A stretch of DNA of 64,000 nucleotides from positions 704,001-768,000 of the forward strand of contig CAVPOC010000008.1 of assembly GCA_963706955.1 (NCBI GenBank), written 5' to 3'. This DNA comes from an uncultured Verrucomicrobiae bacterium (GTDB taxonomy: Bacteria > Verrucomicrobiota > Verrucomicrobiia > Chthoniobacterales > Terrimicrobiaceae). Of the stretch, positions 35,401 to 47,300 are shown one piece after another. The notes under the pieces were generated by a model that saw only the letters and a list, made by a program, of their open reading frames with translations, did no database searches and was not told the DNA's origin. The translations under genes and the position numbers were made by a program. Positions within the stretch are counted from its first letter, which is position 1. Each line of letters begins with the position of its first letter.

Positions 35401-38400
35401 ATCAAGGCGATCCTTTCTTCGGGATATCTTGGATCAATGGGCACATAGGCCCCACCCGCCTTCAGTATCCCCAAAAGCCCAACGACCATCTCTATCGATG
35501 GCTCCAGACAGACCGCTACTCGTTCTCCTGGCCCTACCCCCAAGCTGCTCAGAAAGCCGGCAAGCTGCCCGGAGCGGACCTTTAATTCCTCGTAGCTCAG
35601 CTCTTGCTCTCCGAAAACCACCGCCACCGCTTGCGGATGGCGCCTCGCCTGCTCTTCAAACACTTGGTGAATTGCGCGATTTTTCGGATAGTCTCGCCTC
35701 GTCGTATTCCATTCGATAACAATCCGCTCCCGCTCGACCTCCGGCAGCAGCGGCACAAGACTCACCGCCCGCTCAGGCTCTGCCAACATCCCCTCCAGCA
35801 GCGCCACATAGTGGCGCACCATCCCTGCGATGGTCGCCTCCTCGAAAAGATCCCGACTGTAAACCAATGAACCGCTCCAGCCGTCCCCCTGCGCGCCCAA
35901 GTGCAGCTCAAGGTCGAATCGGCTCGCTGCCGATGGCAATAGCTGCCGGGATACCTCCAAGCCAGGCAACTCGAGCGCCTCGCGAGGCGCATTCTGCAGG
36001 GCGAACATCACCTGAAAGAGAGGATGCCGGCTCATGTCCCTTTCCGGGTTGAGCTCCTCAACAAGCTTCTCAAAGGGTAAGTCCTGGTGCTGATAGGCAT
36101 CCAGTGCCGCCCGACGCACGCGACTCACGAGCGCCCGGAACGACGGCTCACTAGCCAGATCCGCCCGCATCACGAGGCTGTTGACAAAGAATCCGATCAA
36201 CCCCTCAAGCTCTACGCTCCCTCGGTTGGCCACCGGCGTCCCCACCATGAAATCCCCCTGCCCGCTATAGCGATGAAGCAAACCCTCAAACGCCGCCAAA
36301 AGGCTCATAAAGGGCGTCACCTCCTCACGACGGTTGAACTCGGCAAGCCGTCCGCGATAATTCCACTCCCAGCGTGAAGTCGCAGCGCCCTCCCGAATAG
36401 CTCGGCCTTGGCGGTCGCGGCCGATCCGCCGGCAATTCCAAGATCGCCGCACCAGCTAGCTGGCCTCTCCAATACTCCAGCAGGCCCTCCAGCACCTCGC
36501 CCTGCATCCAGTTCCGCTGCCAGAGCGCATAGTCGGCATACTGAACCGGAAGAGGCTCGAGCGGATTGTTGCCGGCTTTGCGGAAGGCTTTATACGCAAG
36601 CCACAGATCTCGATGGAACACCGCGATCGACCACCCATCCGAACTGACGTGGTGACAGCTCCAAACAAGAATGTGGTCGAACGCTCCCAACCTGAGAAGT
36701 CGCACGCGCAGCAGCGGACCTTGCCTGAGGTCAAAGGGCTCCTCAGCTTCACGCCGCAGTGCGGACTCGATGGCTTCCTGCCGGTCGCCGTCGCCCAAAG
36801 TGCTCAAGTCTTGCACGCGTAAAGGGATTAGTATTTTCGGCTCGATAACCTGAAAAGGTTCGCCCTCATGTTCGTCGAAGCGTGTGCGCAGAATCTCATG
36901 GCACCCGATCAAAGCGCTCATAGCATGCTCGAGGGCACTAACGTCCAGCTCACCTCGAAGCCGCAGCGCCGCTCGGCATGTTGTATTCGCAGCCAGAGTT
37001 CTCGAGCTGGTTAAGAAACCAAAGACGCTGCTGGGCGAATGACAGGGGCAGCCGTTCGGGGCGTTCTTGGCGCACCAGCGGCGGGCCCGCCTTTCGTGCC
37101 TCAGCCAAACGAGTGACCAATTGAGCCACTGTCGGCGCTTCAAAGATTGCCCGCACTGGAAACTCCAGTGCCAAAGCCCTTCGCACCCGGCTGACAACCT
37201 GCATGGCAAGCAACGAGTGTCCTCCAAGTGCAAAGAAATTGTCATTGATGCCCACCCGCTCCAGCCCGAGCAGCTCGGCATAAATCCCGCACAAAATCTC
37301 TTCTTGCGGGGTCCGAGGCGCGCGGTAGCCTTCGGCCTGCCGTTGCCGGGAAGGAGCCGGCAGCGCTCGGCGATCGATCTTGCCATTGGGCGTTAAGGGC
37401 AGCTTGTCAAGGATGACAAAAGCTGAAGGCACCATGTAGTCGGGCAGCTTCTCTTTTACAAAGGCGCTCAGCTCCTCGGTGATCCTGCCCGTGTTCTGCC
37501 CATCGGCCAAAACCACGTATGATACCAGTTGCTTGTCCTTCTCGGCCCGGCCGCTTTCGCGCACGCACACCAAGGCCTGCCGCACCCCGGGGTGGCCGGC
37601 AAGAAGAGCCTCGATCTCGCCAGGCTCGATGCGGAAGCCCCGGATCTTGACTTGTTGGTCGACCCGCCCAAGAAACTCGATGTTGCCATCGGGCAGAAAA
37701 CGCCCCGGTCTCCCGTGCGATAAAGCCTCCCGCCGTGCACAAAGGGCGAAGCAATAAAACGCTCGGCCGTCAGTTCCGTCGTGCAGATATCCGTGGGCCA
37801 CACCCTCGCCCCCAATCCAAATCTCGCCTGCCACCCCAATGGGAACCGCTTCCAGGTGCTCGTCCAAAATGTAAACCTGGGTGTTGCCAATAGGCCGCCC
37901 AACCGGAACCCTCCAGGGGTAGTTCTCCGGGGGGCCCTTAATCTCAAACCAGGTGGCAAAGGTGGTCGTCTCGGTCGGCCCATACATGTGTAAGAGTCGT
38001 TGCGGAGGAGCGCTACTGCAGCACGCGCCGCACCGCCCCCACATCGCACTCCTCCCCGCCAAAGAGCACCGTGCGTATCGACCCGAAAATCCCTGCCCGC
38101 TCATGCACCACCTCGTTGAAGAGCGCCGTGGTCACAAAGAGCGTCGTCACTCCCTGGCTCTCCAGCTGCGCGGCAAACCTCTGCGTCGACAAGATATCCT
38201 CCCGCCCAAAACCCACTAAGCGACACCCATTGAGCAACGCTCCCCATATCTCAAACACCGCCGCATCAAAACAGCAGTGGGAAATTTGCGCCACCACGTC
38301 CTCCGACCCGAGCTCCACATAGTCGCTCTTGACCACCAGATTGATCACCGCCCGGTGCGGCACGCACACCCCCTTCGGCTTGCCCGTCGAGCCGGAAGTA

Positions 38401-40355
38401 AAGATCACATAGGCCTCGTCCTCTCCGCTGAGCCCTTCTACCGGCGGCTTTCGCTCACTCCCGGCCATCGGAAAGCTCTGCCAGATCTCCTCTAACTTCA
38501 GTGTCCGGATCTCCGCGCTCACATCAACGGAACCTCCTGTTAGCAGCACCGCTGCTTCCGCCTCCCCGAGCATCAGCTTCACCCTCTCCTCCGGATACTC
38601 AGGATCGATCGGCACATAGGCCGCTCCCGCCTTCAAGATCCCCAGTAGTCCCACCACCATCGCCACCGAGCCCTCCAGACAAAGGCCTACCCTGCATCCT
38701 CGTGTCACTCCTACCTCGCGCAAACATTCCGCCACCGACTCCGAGCGCAAATCCAACTCCTCGTAGCTGAGCTCCCGCCCTCCAAAACTTACCGCCACTA
38801 CTTGGCCCCGCAGCCGCGCCTGCTCGCGGAAAACATCATGAATGCAGCCTTCACGCCGATACTCCCTTTGCGTCGTATTCCAATCCTCTAAAATCCGGTC
38901 CCGCTCAGCTTCAGCTAGCATTGGGAGACGGGATATCGGGCGCAGCGGATCTTCGGTGATCGCTTCGAGCAGGATCCTGTAACTCTCCAGCAAGCGTACC
39001 GGCGTCGAATGCTCGAAGAGATCGGTACTGTACTCGACGGTGGTTACTAACCCGCCTCCGGTCTCCACGATGACGAGACTCAAATCAAACTTTGAGGTTC
39101 CGTTGTCGATTCGCAACAATTCGACCTCGACGTCTGGGGCATGCACTGTGAGCGACGGCAGATTTTGAAAGCTAAAGCTGACATCAAAGAACGGATTGCG
39201 GTTTAGTTGCCGCTCCGGCCTAAGTTCCTCGACCAGTTTTTCGAAGGGAACCTCCTGCGAGTCATAGGCATTCAGCGTCACTTCGCGAATTTTGGCCAGA
39301 AGGTGCACAAACGAGGGGTCCCCCGAGAGATCGGTGCGCAGCGCCATTGTATTGGCGAAAAAACCGATCAGGCTCTCGAACTCACTGCGTTCGCGGTTGG
39401 CGATAGGCGATCCGACAATCACGTCAGTTTCACCGGAATAACGCGACAAGAGCACTTTGAATGCCCCCAATAAGACCATGAACAGCGTGGCCCCTTCCCG
39501 GCGAGCCAGCTGCTGCAAAGACTCCGTTAGTTCCGCCGGGAAACGGGAGAATACGCGTGCCCCCTGGAAAGTGGGATCGCCAGGACGCGGCTTATCCAGC
39601 GGGATTAGTTGCGCGCTGGCAACTCCCTCCAAACGCTCCCTCCAAATCTGAACCTGCCGTTGCAGCTTCGCGCCCGCAAGTTCCTGCCGTTGCCACACGG
39701 CGTAATCGGCATATTGAACGGGAAGCGGGGGCGAGGGAGAGGTGTCGCCGCGCGAGAAGCGTTCATAGCCGGAAAACAATTCACGAACGAGCACACCGAT
39801 GGACCACCCGTCGCAAATGATATGGTGCAGGACCATTACAAAGATGTGCTCGTGCTCGGAACAACGAAGAAGCTTGGCGCGCCACAACGGTCCGTGGACC
39901 AAATTGAGCGGGCGCCGTGCCTCATGGACGGCCTCTTCCCGCGCAGCTTCCATGCGCGCCGATGGCGGAATATTGTCGAAGCTTATCGTCGACAACTTCG
40001 TCGGTCGAAATGAAGTCTCATACTGCGCCGGATCACCATCGTGCATTTCGAACTTGGCACGGAGCAGATCATGACGCAGCAGGATCTGATTTAAGCTCCA
40101 TTCCAAGGCTTCCCTGTTTAGGGAGCCAACAAATCGAACCGCAATCGGCGAGTTGTAAGCCACGTTTTCCGGATAGAGTTGATCCAGAAACCAAACGCCC
40201 CGCTGCGTATAGGAAAGAGGCGCGGGAACATGTCGATCTCGCACAGGAACTCGCCCCCGCTCGAGAGCAGGACGTCCGGATGCTGAAAGGCGAGCAGCAA
40301 GCAACGCCCTTTTCTCGGGCGGAAGTGAAGCGATTCGAGCAGCGATTTCACTCAT
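29226..40355 (-). CDS. NRPS 6: C-A-T-C-A-T-E-C-A-T (several frameshifts between 36340 and 38020)
   Basis: Joins ORFs 38013..40355, 36950..38104, 36325..37386 and 29226..36452. Motifs: HHIICDG, GGHS, HHVSSDG, GGDSI followed by E domain HHLAVDGVSW, DCL-type HHLLLDGWS, GGHS. Manual codes DAFFLGMTFK, DAFFLGVTFK, DAFFLGVTFK. Confidence 0.85.
34033..34460. repeat. ~430-bp near-identical repeat, copy 1 (A-subdomain + first half of T); partner ~37221..37648
   Basis: Offset 3188; RESGRAEKDKQLVSYVVLADGQNTGRITEELSAF occurs in both. Confidence 0.88.
37221..37648. repeat. ~430-bp near-identical repeat, copy 2
   Basis: Matches 34033..34460. Confidence 0.88.
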
Positions 40356-40362
40356 GCGAGGA

Positions 40363-40616
40363 TCAAAAGCGAGCAGACGCGAGCGACTTTGGGCAAGCGG
40401 CGACCCTGATCAGATCGGCCAACTCCGCAAGATATTTTAGAAAGTCCAAGATCTCCGCCTTGCGTGCGGCCAACTCATCGCGAAGCTCAGCGTCAAAACG
40501 CCTGGCGGAGCGCTGACGCGAGCGTCCCCCCTCATCCGAGACTCGCAGATCAAGTTTCCGCAGGCGGCAAGAAATCTCCATACCGGCTGCGAGGCCTCTC
40601 TTTGCGCCTTTTCCAT
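40363..40616 (-). other. Chimeric mini-gene (~85 aa if 3 small deletions are corrected): TubC-type docking domain fused to copy of PKS C-terminal tail; small CDS or pseudogene
   Basis: 5' part aligns codon-by-codon to the start of the 29187 gene; 3' part LKYLAELADLIRVAACPKSLASARF aligns to the PKS end LKHLAGLADLLRAAGRPKPAVPARL. Confidence 0.75.
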
Positions 40617-40851
40617 TATCCGTTCGGAGTCATGATTTGAAGAACCGGAGGTGATCACAAGACCAGCTCTTCGTGATCGATGGCCCGAGGAGCAAAAGGC
40701 GTCTTGGCGCCAGTGCACCGAGCGCTGTCGATATATTCAGCAAGTGCGGCTACGGTGGCATTCTCAAAGAAGACGCGCAGCGGAATATCCAGGCCGAAAC
40801 ACTTCGCAGGCGGGAAATAACTCGCATGGCCAATAAGGAGTGTCCGCCAAG
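40578..40851. repeat. Junction repeat copy 2
   Basis: Homologous to 29149..29423; homology to copy 1 extends further into the docking domain. Confidence 0.9.
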
Positions 40852-43800
40852 CTGAAAAAAATTTTCATAGACTCCGATGCTTTCGCAATCGATGAGTGCG
40901 GACCAGGCTTGGGCGACCATTTTCTCGGTCTCGTTCCGTGGGGCGACAAGGCCAGGCCTTCGGTAGTCCAAAACCGGTGCAGGAAGAGCGTGCCGGTCGA
41001 TCTTGCCTGTCGGAGACAAAGGAAACTTTTCGAGGATGACAAACGCCGAGGGCACCATGTAGTCGGGAAGCTTCTCTTTGAGGAAAGCACTCAGCCTTTC
41101 ATTAAGTCCTGTAAAGCCGCCGCCATCGGCGGGAACAACATAAGCCACCAATCGACGCGTCTTCACGGCTCCCTCATCCTCTCGAACACAGACAACCGCC
41201 TGTCGGACTGCGGGGTGGGCGTTAAGCGCAGCCTCGACCTCCCCCAACTCGATGCGAAACCCTCGGATCTTCACTTGATGATCCATCCGGCCAAGAAATA
41301 CGATGTTCCCGTCCGGGAGAAATCGGCCCAAGTCCCCGGTGCGAAACAGTCTTTCACCTGGAACGAACGGCGAGTCGATGAAACGCTCTGCAGTCAATTC
41401 GGGGCGTCGCAGATAGCTGTGGGCCACCCCGTCTCCGCCAATCCAGATTTCTCCAGTCACTCCAATTGGCGCCGGCTCGCGATGAGAGTCCAAGATATAG
41501 ACTTGGGTGTTCGCGATCGGCCGACCAATCGGGATTCTGTCGGCACAGGTCCTATCGGCGGCAGTAAGGAGGTAGGTGGTCGCGAACGTGGTCGCCTCCG
41601 TAGGTCCGTAAACGTTCAGTAACCGCTGCGGCGGTCCGCTGATCAACACCTTCCTGACGGCTTCAGAATCGCATTCTTCCCCTCCAAAGAGCACGTTGCG
41701 CAAGTTGCGCAGGAGAGCCGGCCGCTCGTGTGCCAGGGCATTAAAGACCGCCGTGGTGAGAAGAAGAGTTGTAACGCCGTGCCGAGTCAACTCGGCAGAG
41801 AAGCGCTCGGGCGACAAAACGTCGTCCTGCGAAATCCCCACAAGTCTGCCGCCGTTCAACAGAGCGCCCCAGATTTCAAAAGTCGCCGCATCAAAGCAAC
41901 AATTCGAAACCTGCGCGATCACCTCCTGCGGGCCGAGTTGGACGTAGTCGCAGTTCACGACCAGTCGAGTCACGCCACGATGGGGAACACAGACCCCTTT
42001 GGGTGTGCCTGTCGATCCCGATGTAAAGAGCACGTAGGCGATCGCATCCGGACTGACCAGCTCCAAGGACTTTTCAGTCGGCGATGGGACACTTTCCCAA
42101 TCCGCATCCAGACAGATCGCCCGAAGACCTGTATTCCGAAACTGCGATTCGAGCGTTTTCTGAGTCAGAATAACCCGCGCCTCGACATCCGCGACGATAA
42201 AGGCCATCCGCTGGTGAGGATAGTTGGGATCGATGGGGACATACGCCGCCCCGGCCTTCAAAATTCCCAAAAGTCCGACGATCATTTCCGTGGACGGCTC
42301 GAGGCAGAACGCCACCTTCGAGCCAACGCGCACGCCAAGGCTCTTCAAATGGTGTGCAAGGCGGCTGGATTGATCGTCCAGCTCACCGTAAAGCACCTCC
42401 TGCTTTCCATACACCGCCGCCACGGCGTGCGGAGTGCACTTGGCTTGCTCCTGAAACAACTCGTGGATGCAGCGATCGCGGGGATAGTCCACTCTCGTTG
42501 CATTCCACTCTCTGGCAATCTGCGCCCGCTCCGTTTCCGTCAGGAGCTCATATTGCGAAATTTTTCGCCGCGGATTCTCTGCCACGCCCTCCAGCAAATT
42601 GACGTAGTGCCGAAGCAGGCGCTCCGCCGTGGACGCATCAAAGAGATCGGTGCTGTATTCGAAGGTTGTGGCGAATCCCCCTTGGCTCTCCATCATCACA
42701 ACGCTGAGATCAAATTTGGAAGTCCCGTTGTCGATGCGCAGCAATTCGAGGCCGACGTCGTGGATATTGACCGAGGGCATCGGAAAATTTTGCAGGCTAA
42801 AGCTGATATCGAAAAACGGATTGCGGTTAAGTTGTCGCTCCGGCTTAAGCTCCTCCACGAGTTTCTCGAAAGGAATTTCCCGGGAATCATACGCGCTCAA
42901 GGTGACTTCCTTGACCCTCGCGAGCAACTCGACGAATGTCGGGTCGCCGGAAAGGTCTGTCCGCAGCGCCAAAGTATTCGCGAAGAATCCGATCAGGCCC
43001 TCATACTCGCGGCGCTCTCGATTGGCGATCGGAGATCCCACCACTATGTCGCTTTGGCCGCTATATCGAGCCAGCAGCACTTTAAACGCCCCCAGAAACA
43101 CCATGAAGGGGGTCGCGCGCTCTGCATGAGCAAGGCGCCGGAGAGGTTCCACCAATTCGGGCCGCAGATGGGTTACGACCCTGGCCCCCCGAAAGCTCGA
43201 CTCCGCCGGGCGCGGTCTGTCCGAGGGGATTTGCACGGCCTCAGTGAAACCGGCAAGACGTTTGCGCCACGTTTCCACCTGGCGCCCAAAATTCGGGTTG
43301 GCAAGCTGCTGCGGCTGAGCGGCGGCAAAGTGCGCATACTGGATGGTCGGTCGAGGCAAAGGCGCACTGTGCCCACTTACGAATGCCTCATAACCCGTCA
43401 CCAGTTCGCGGATCAGAACGCCGATCGACCAACCGTCGCAAATGATGTGATGCAAAATCACCACAAAAATATGCTCTCGTTCGGAGCAGGTGAGGAGCTG
43501 CACCCGCCAGGGCGATCCGCTCGCCAGATCGATCGCTTGTTGCGCCTCGCGGACGGCTTGCCGGCACGCCGCTTCCATCCGCTCGGATTCTGGAAGATCA
43601 AAGAAATCCACCTTGCGCAGAGTGCCTGGGCGAAACGAGGTCGCGTATTGCACAGGCTCGCCGTTGCGCATCTCGAAAACAGTGCGCAGAAGATCGTGGC
43701 GCCGCACAACCTGGTTCCAACTCCATTCCAAGGCCTCTGCGTTGAATCGCCCGGAAAACCGGAGAGCCATCGGTGAGTTGTAGGCCACGTTGCCTGGATA

Positions 43801-43980
43801 GAGTTGATCCAAAAACCAGACGCCCCGTTGAGTATAGGCGAGGGGCGCCATCAGCCTCTCCGCCGCGGATTGGTCCCTTCCCAGAGGGCGATTCTCGCGC
43901 TCGACTCTGGCCAGTCGCGCGGCGAGCAGCGCCCGCTTCTCCGGCGGAAGAGAAGCGATCCTCCCAGCGAGGTCACTCAT
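40655..43980 (-). CDS. NRPS 5: monomodular C-A-T (frameshift near 40795 restores DHEELVL tail)
   Basis: MSDLAGRIASLPPEKRALL, HHIICDG, FTSGSTG, manual code DAFLLGVTFK, LGGHSLL. Confidence 0.88.
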
Positions 43981-44065
43981 GGCGAGGAGACCACGCGCGG
44001 ACTATCCGACACGCTACGCGATTGATCCATACCGGCTGTGAAGCCTCTCTTTGCGCCTTTTCCAT
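43973..44065 (-). pseudogene. Truncated remnant of the same docking mini-gene (MEKAQREASQPVW...)
   Basis: First 13 codons match the starts at 40616 and 29187, then the sequence collapses into ~50 nt loosely similar to the tail at 40363. Confidence 0.6.
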
Positions 44066-44301
44066 TATCCGTTCGGAGCCATGATTCGAGGAACTAGAGG
44101 TGATCACAGGACCAGCTCTTCGTGATCGACGGCCAGAGGAGCCAAAGGTGTCTTGGCGCCACTGCACCGCGCGCCGTCGATATATTCAGCAAGTGCAGCT
44201 ACGGTGGCATTCTCAAAGAAGACGCGCAGCGGAATATCCAGACCGGAAGCACTTCGCAGCCGGGAAATAACGCGCATGGCCAACAATGAGTGCCCGCCAA
44301 G
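44027..44301. repeat. Junction repeat copy 3
   Basis: Homologous to 29149..29423 and 40578..40851. Confidence 0.9.
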
Positions 44302-47300
44302 TTCGAAGAAGGTGTCGGCGATTCCCACGCGCTCCAGGCCGAGAAGATCCGCAAAAATCTCGCATAAAATCCCCTCTTCCGGTGTCCTTGGTGGACGGTA
44401 ACAATCCGCGGCGTGCTCTGGCGCGGGAAGGGCGCTGCGATCCAACTTGCCGTTGGCATTTAACGGGAGCGTCTCCAACAACACAAAAGCAGAGGGAACC
44501 ATGTAGTCCGGCAGCCTCCGCTGAAGGAAGGTCCGCAGATTGGCCGTCGACAATGAGGAGGCGCCGAGATCCGGCAACGACGGGATGTGCGCAGTCTCTC
44601 GTGATTCTCTAAGTATTCTTCGCTCCGACGATGGTCGGATCGCGTAAACATAGTAGAGTTGCGTGTTTTCAAGCAGAACGTCTTGATCTATGGAAAGATC
44701 ATAGCCATGTCCCTTAAGAAGGATGGTAATCGCTTGTAAGTTATCCTTGGTGTCAGTCTCTAAGACGATCTGCTTGATCTTTGCCCAATCGGCTTCCTCG
44801 ATGCCGCTGAGAACATCCAGCTCGCTCTTCTCCACGTTGATCTTGAGAAGATCTATGCTTTCAAGGCCCTCCTCCTGGATAATCTCGGAGAGAGCCCGCA
44901 GTGGTGCCTCAAATGTCCGGGACGAAAGTCGCAGGTCGAGGAGATCGTCACTGTCCGCGATCAGATCGGCCATTTCAGCAGCGCCCGCCTTCTGCTGGTT
45001 CGCCATATAAGTTTTTACCAGTTCTTTCTCGGCTAAGGGATCGGCATAGAAACCGGAAAAAAGGGAAAATCCGGGGAAGAAGGTGAGCGTGGCAGTCTTC
45101 GATTTGTTGGATAGCCCGCAGGGAAAAATCTTTGCGTTGGGCGCGTAGAGGGAGGCGTTGGCCGTTAAGATTTCACATGCGGAGGGATTCGGTTCGAACG
45201 CGTAGATTTTCGGCTGCCGGCAAATCTGATTGGCAAACAGCGTGAACAACCCGATGTTGGCGCCCACGTCAAAGACACAGTCTCCGTCTTTGAGCGTGAT
45301 TCCATGCCTCAAGTATGCTTGGCGCTTAAAGATCTCGTCGTAGAGATAGTCGGTCTCATGCCTGTTGAGATGAGACACGGCCATGCCATTCGGGAGGACG
45401 TAACGTCGCTTGGCATCAATCATTCGGCCCGGTTCTTTAGGAACGACATAGGCCACGAGGCGGTTCTCACCAAACTGATCCCTTGCCGCGAGGGCCGCGA
45501 CTTGCATGATCCCGGGATGCTGCTCCAAGGCGGCCTCGATTTCGCGCGGTTCGACTCTGAACCCGCGAACCTTGACTTGATCATCAACGCGACCCAAAAA
45601 CTCGATATTGCCGTCAGGCAAGTAACGGGCTAGATCCCCGCTCTTGTAGAGACGCGCTCCGGCCTCCTGGCTAAACGGATTAGGAATAAATCTTTCGGCG
45701 GTGAGCTCCGGATGATTGAGGTAACCTCGGGCCAGGCAAAGTCCGCCAATATGCAGTTCACCCGCCACACCCACGGGAACGGGCTTGAGATGCTTATCCA
45801 GCAGGTAAATCTTGGTGTTGAAAACAGGACGTCCCAAGGGGAGATTTTTCAGTTCTGTGAAGACCGCACTAGCCTCTACTCGGTAGGTCAGAACTCCCAC
45901 GGTGGCCTCGGTTGGACCATAGTGGTTCATAACGACACACCCGGGATTGAGCGACCGGAGACTCTCTATCCAGTCGAGCCGGGAAGCTTCACCGCCGAGA
46001 ATGAGAAGCTTGCGCGGCAGCACTTGCGCCGAGCGCGTGCCATTTTGCAAGGCGGCGAGGTGCGAGGGAACAATCTTTAGACAGTCAATGGCGTGCTGGC
46101 TGAAGTAATCGTCCAAAGCGTCTGCATCGCCACTCCTCTCTTCCGAGATCACGTGAAGAGCTCCCCCGCCACACAGCGAGGTAAAGACAACCGTGTTCCC
46201 CAAATCGGCTGCGATGGTTGAGACTGTTGCAAAGCTTGCGTTACGCGGCAGTTTCAACAGTTCCAAGATGCCATGGAGGTAGTTTGTTACCTGGCGATGT
46301 TCGACGGCGACTCCCTTGGGTTGCCCCGTGGATCCCGACGTATACACCACATAGACCAGGTTCATAGGCTTGGTCGCACGATGGGGGTTTCCCGCGCTCT
46401 CCCGCGCGATGGCGTGCCAATCCCGATCTACTACAATAACCGATGCTGGGGTCTCGATGACTTTCGATACCGTCCGCTCCTGAGCAATGAGCAGCGAAAC
46501 CTTGGCGTCCTCCAACATAAACGCCAGGCGAGCGGCTGGATAGCTGGGGTCCAGGGGCACATAGGCGCCTCCGGCTTTAAGAATGCCTAGCATTGCTACG
46601 ATCATTTCCAGAGAGCGCTCCACCATAACGCCCACCAGCACCTCCGGCCCTACTCCTAATCTTTGTAGGTAATGCGCGAGTTGATTGGCCCGACGGTTGA
46701 GCTCCTGGTAGCTCAGCTGCTGATCCTCGAACACCACCGAGACGGCTTCAGGCGTCTGTTCCACCTGGGCCTCAAACAATTCCTGGATGCACTGATCTCT
46801 CGGAAAATCCCTGTCCGTGTCATTCCACTCAACTACGATTCGATTTCGCTCGGAAGGCGTTATCAACGGCAATTGCGAAATCTTCCTCCGAGGTTCTTCG
46901 GCAATCGCCTCGAGCAAGACTTTATAACTTTCCAGCAGGCGCACTGGCGTCGAAGCATCGAAGAGATCGGTGCTATACTCGACAGTTGTTATGAGCCGGT
47001 CACCCGCTTCCACCACGACAACGCTCAAATCAAATTTCGAGGTTCCATTGTCGATTCGCAGCAACTCGACATCGAGGTCTGGAGCATCGACGTCGAGCAG
47101 CGGAAGATTTTGAAAGCTAAAGCTGAGGTCGAAGAACGGATTGCGGTTTAATTGCCGCTCCGGCCTAAGCTCCTCGACCAGTTTTTCGAAAGGAACTTCC
47201 TGGGAATCATACGCACTCAGCGTCACTTCGCGAACTTTGACCAGAAGTTGCACGAACGAGGGATCGCCCGAAAGATCGGTTCGAAGCGCCATCGTGTTGG

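Noticed and set aside
41728..43776. 682-aa plus-strand ORF
   Set aside because: Antisense shadow of NRPS 5; no independent coding evidence.
29149..44301. Junction repeats as IS ends or att sites
   Set aside because: They are coding and intergenic paralogous sequence, with no transposase, integrase, terminal inverted repeats or target duplications.
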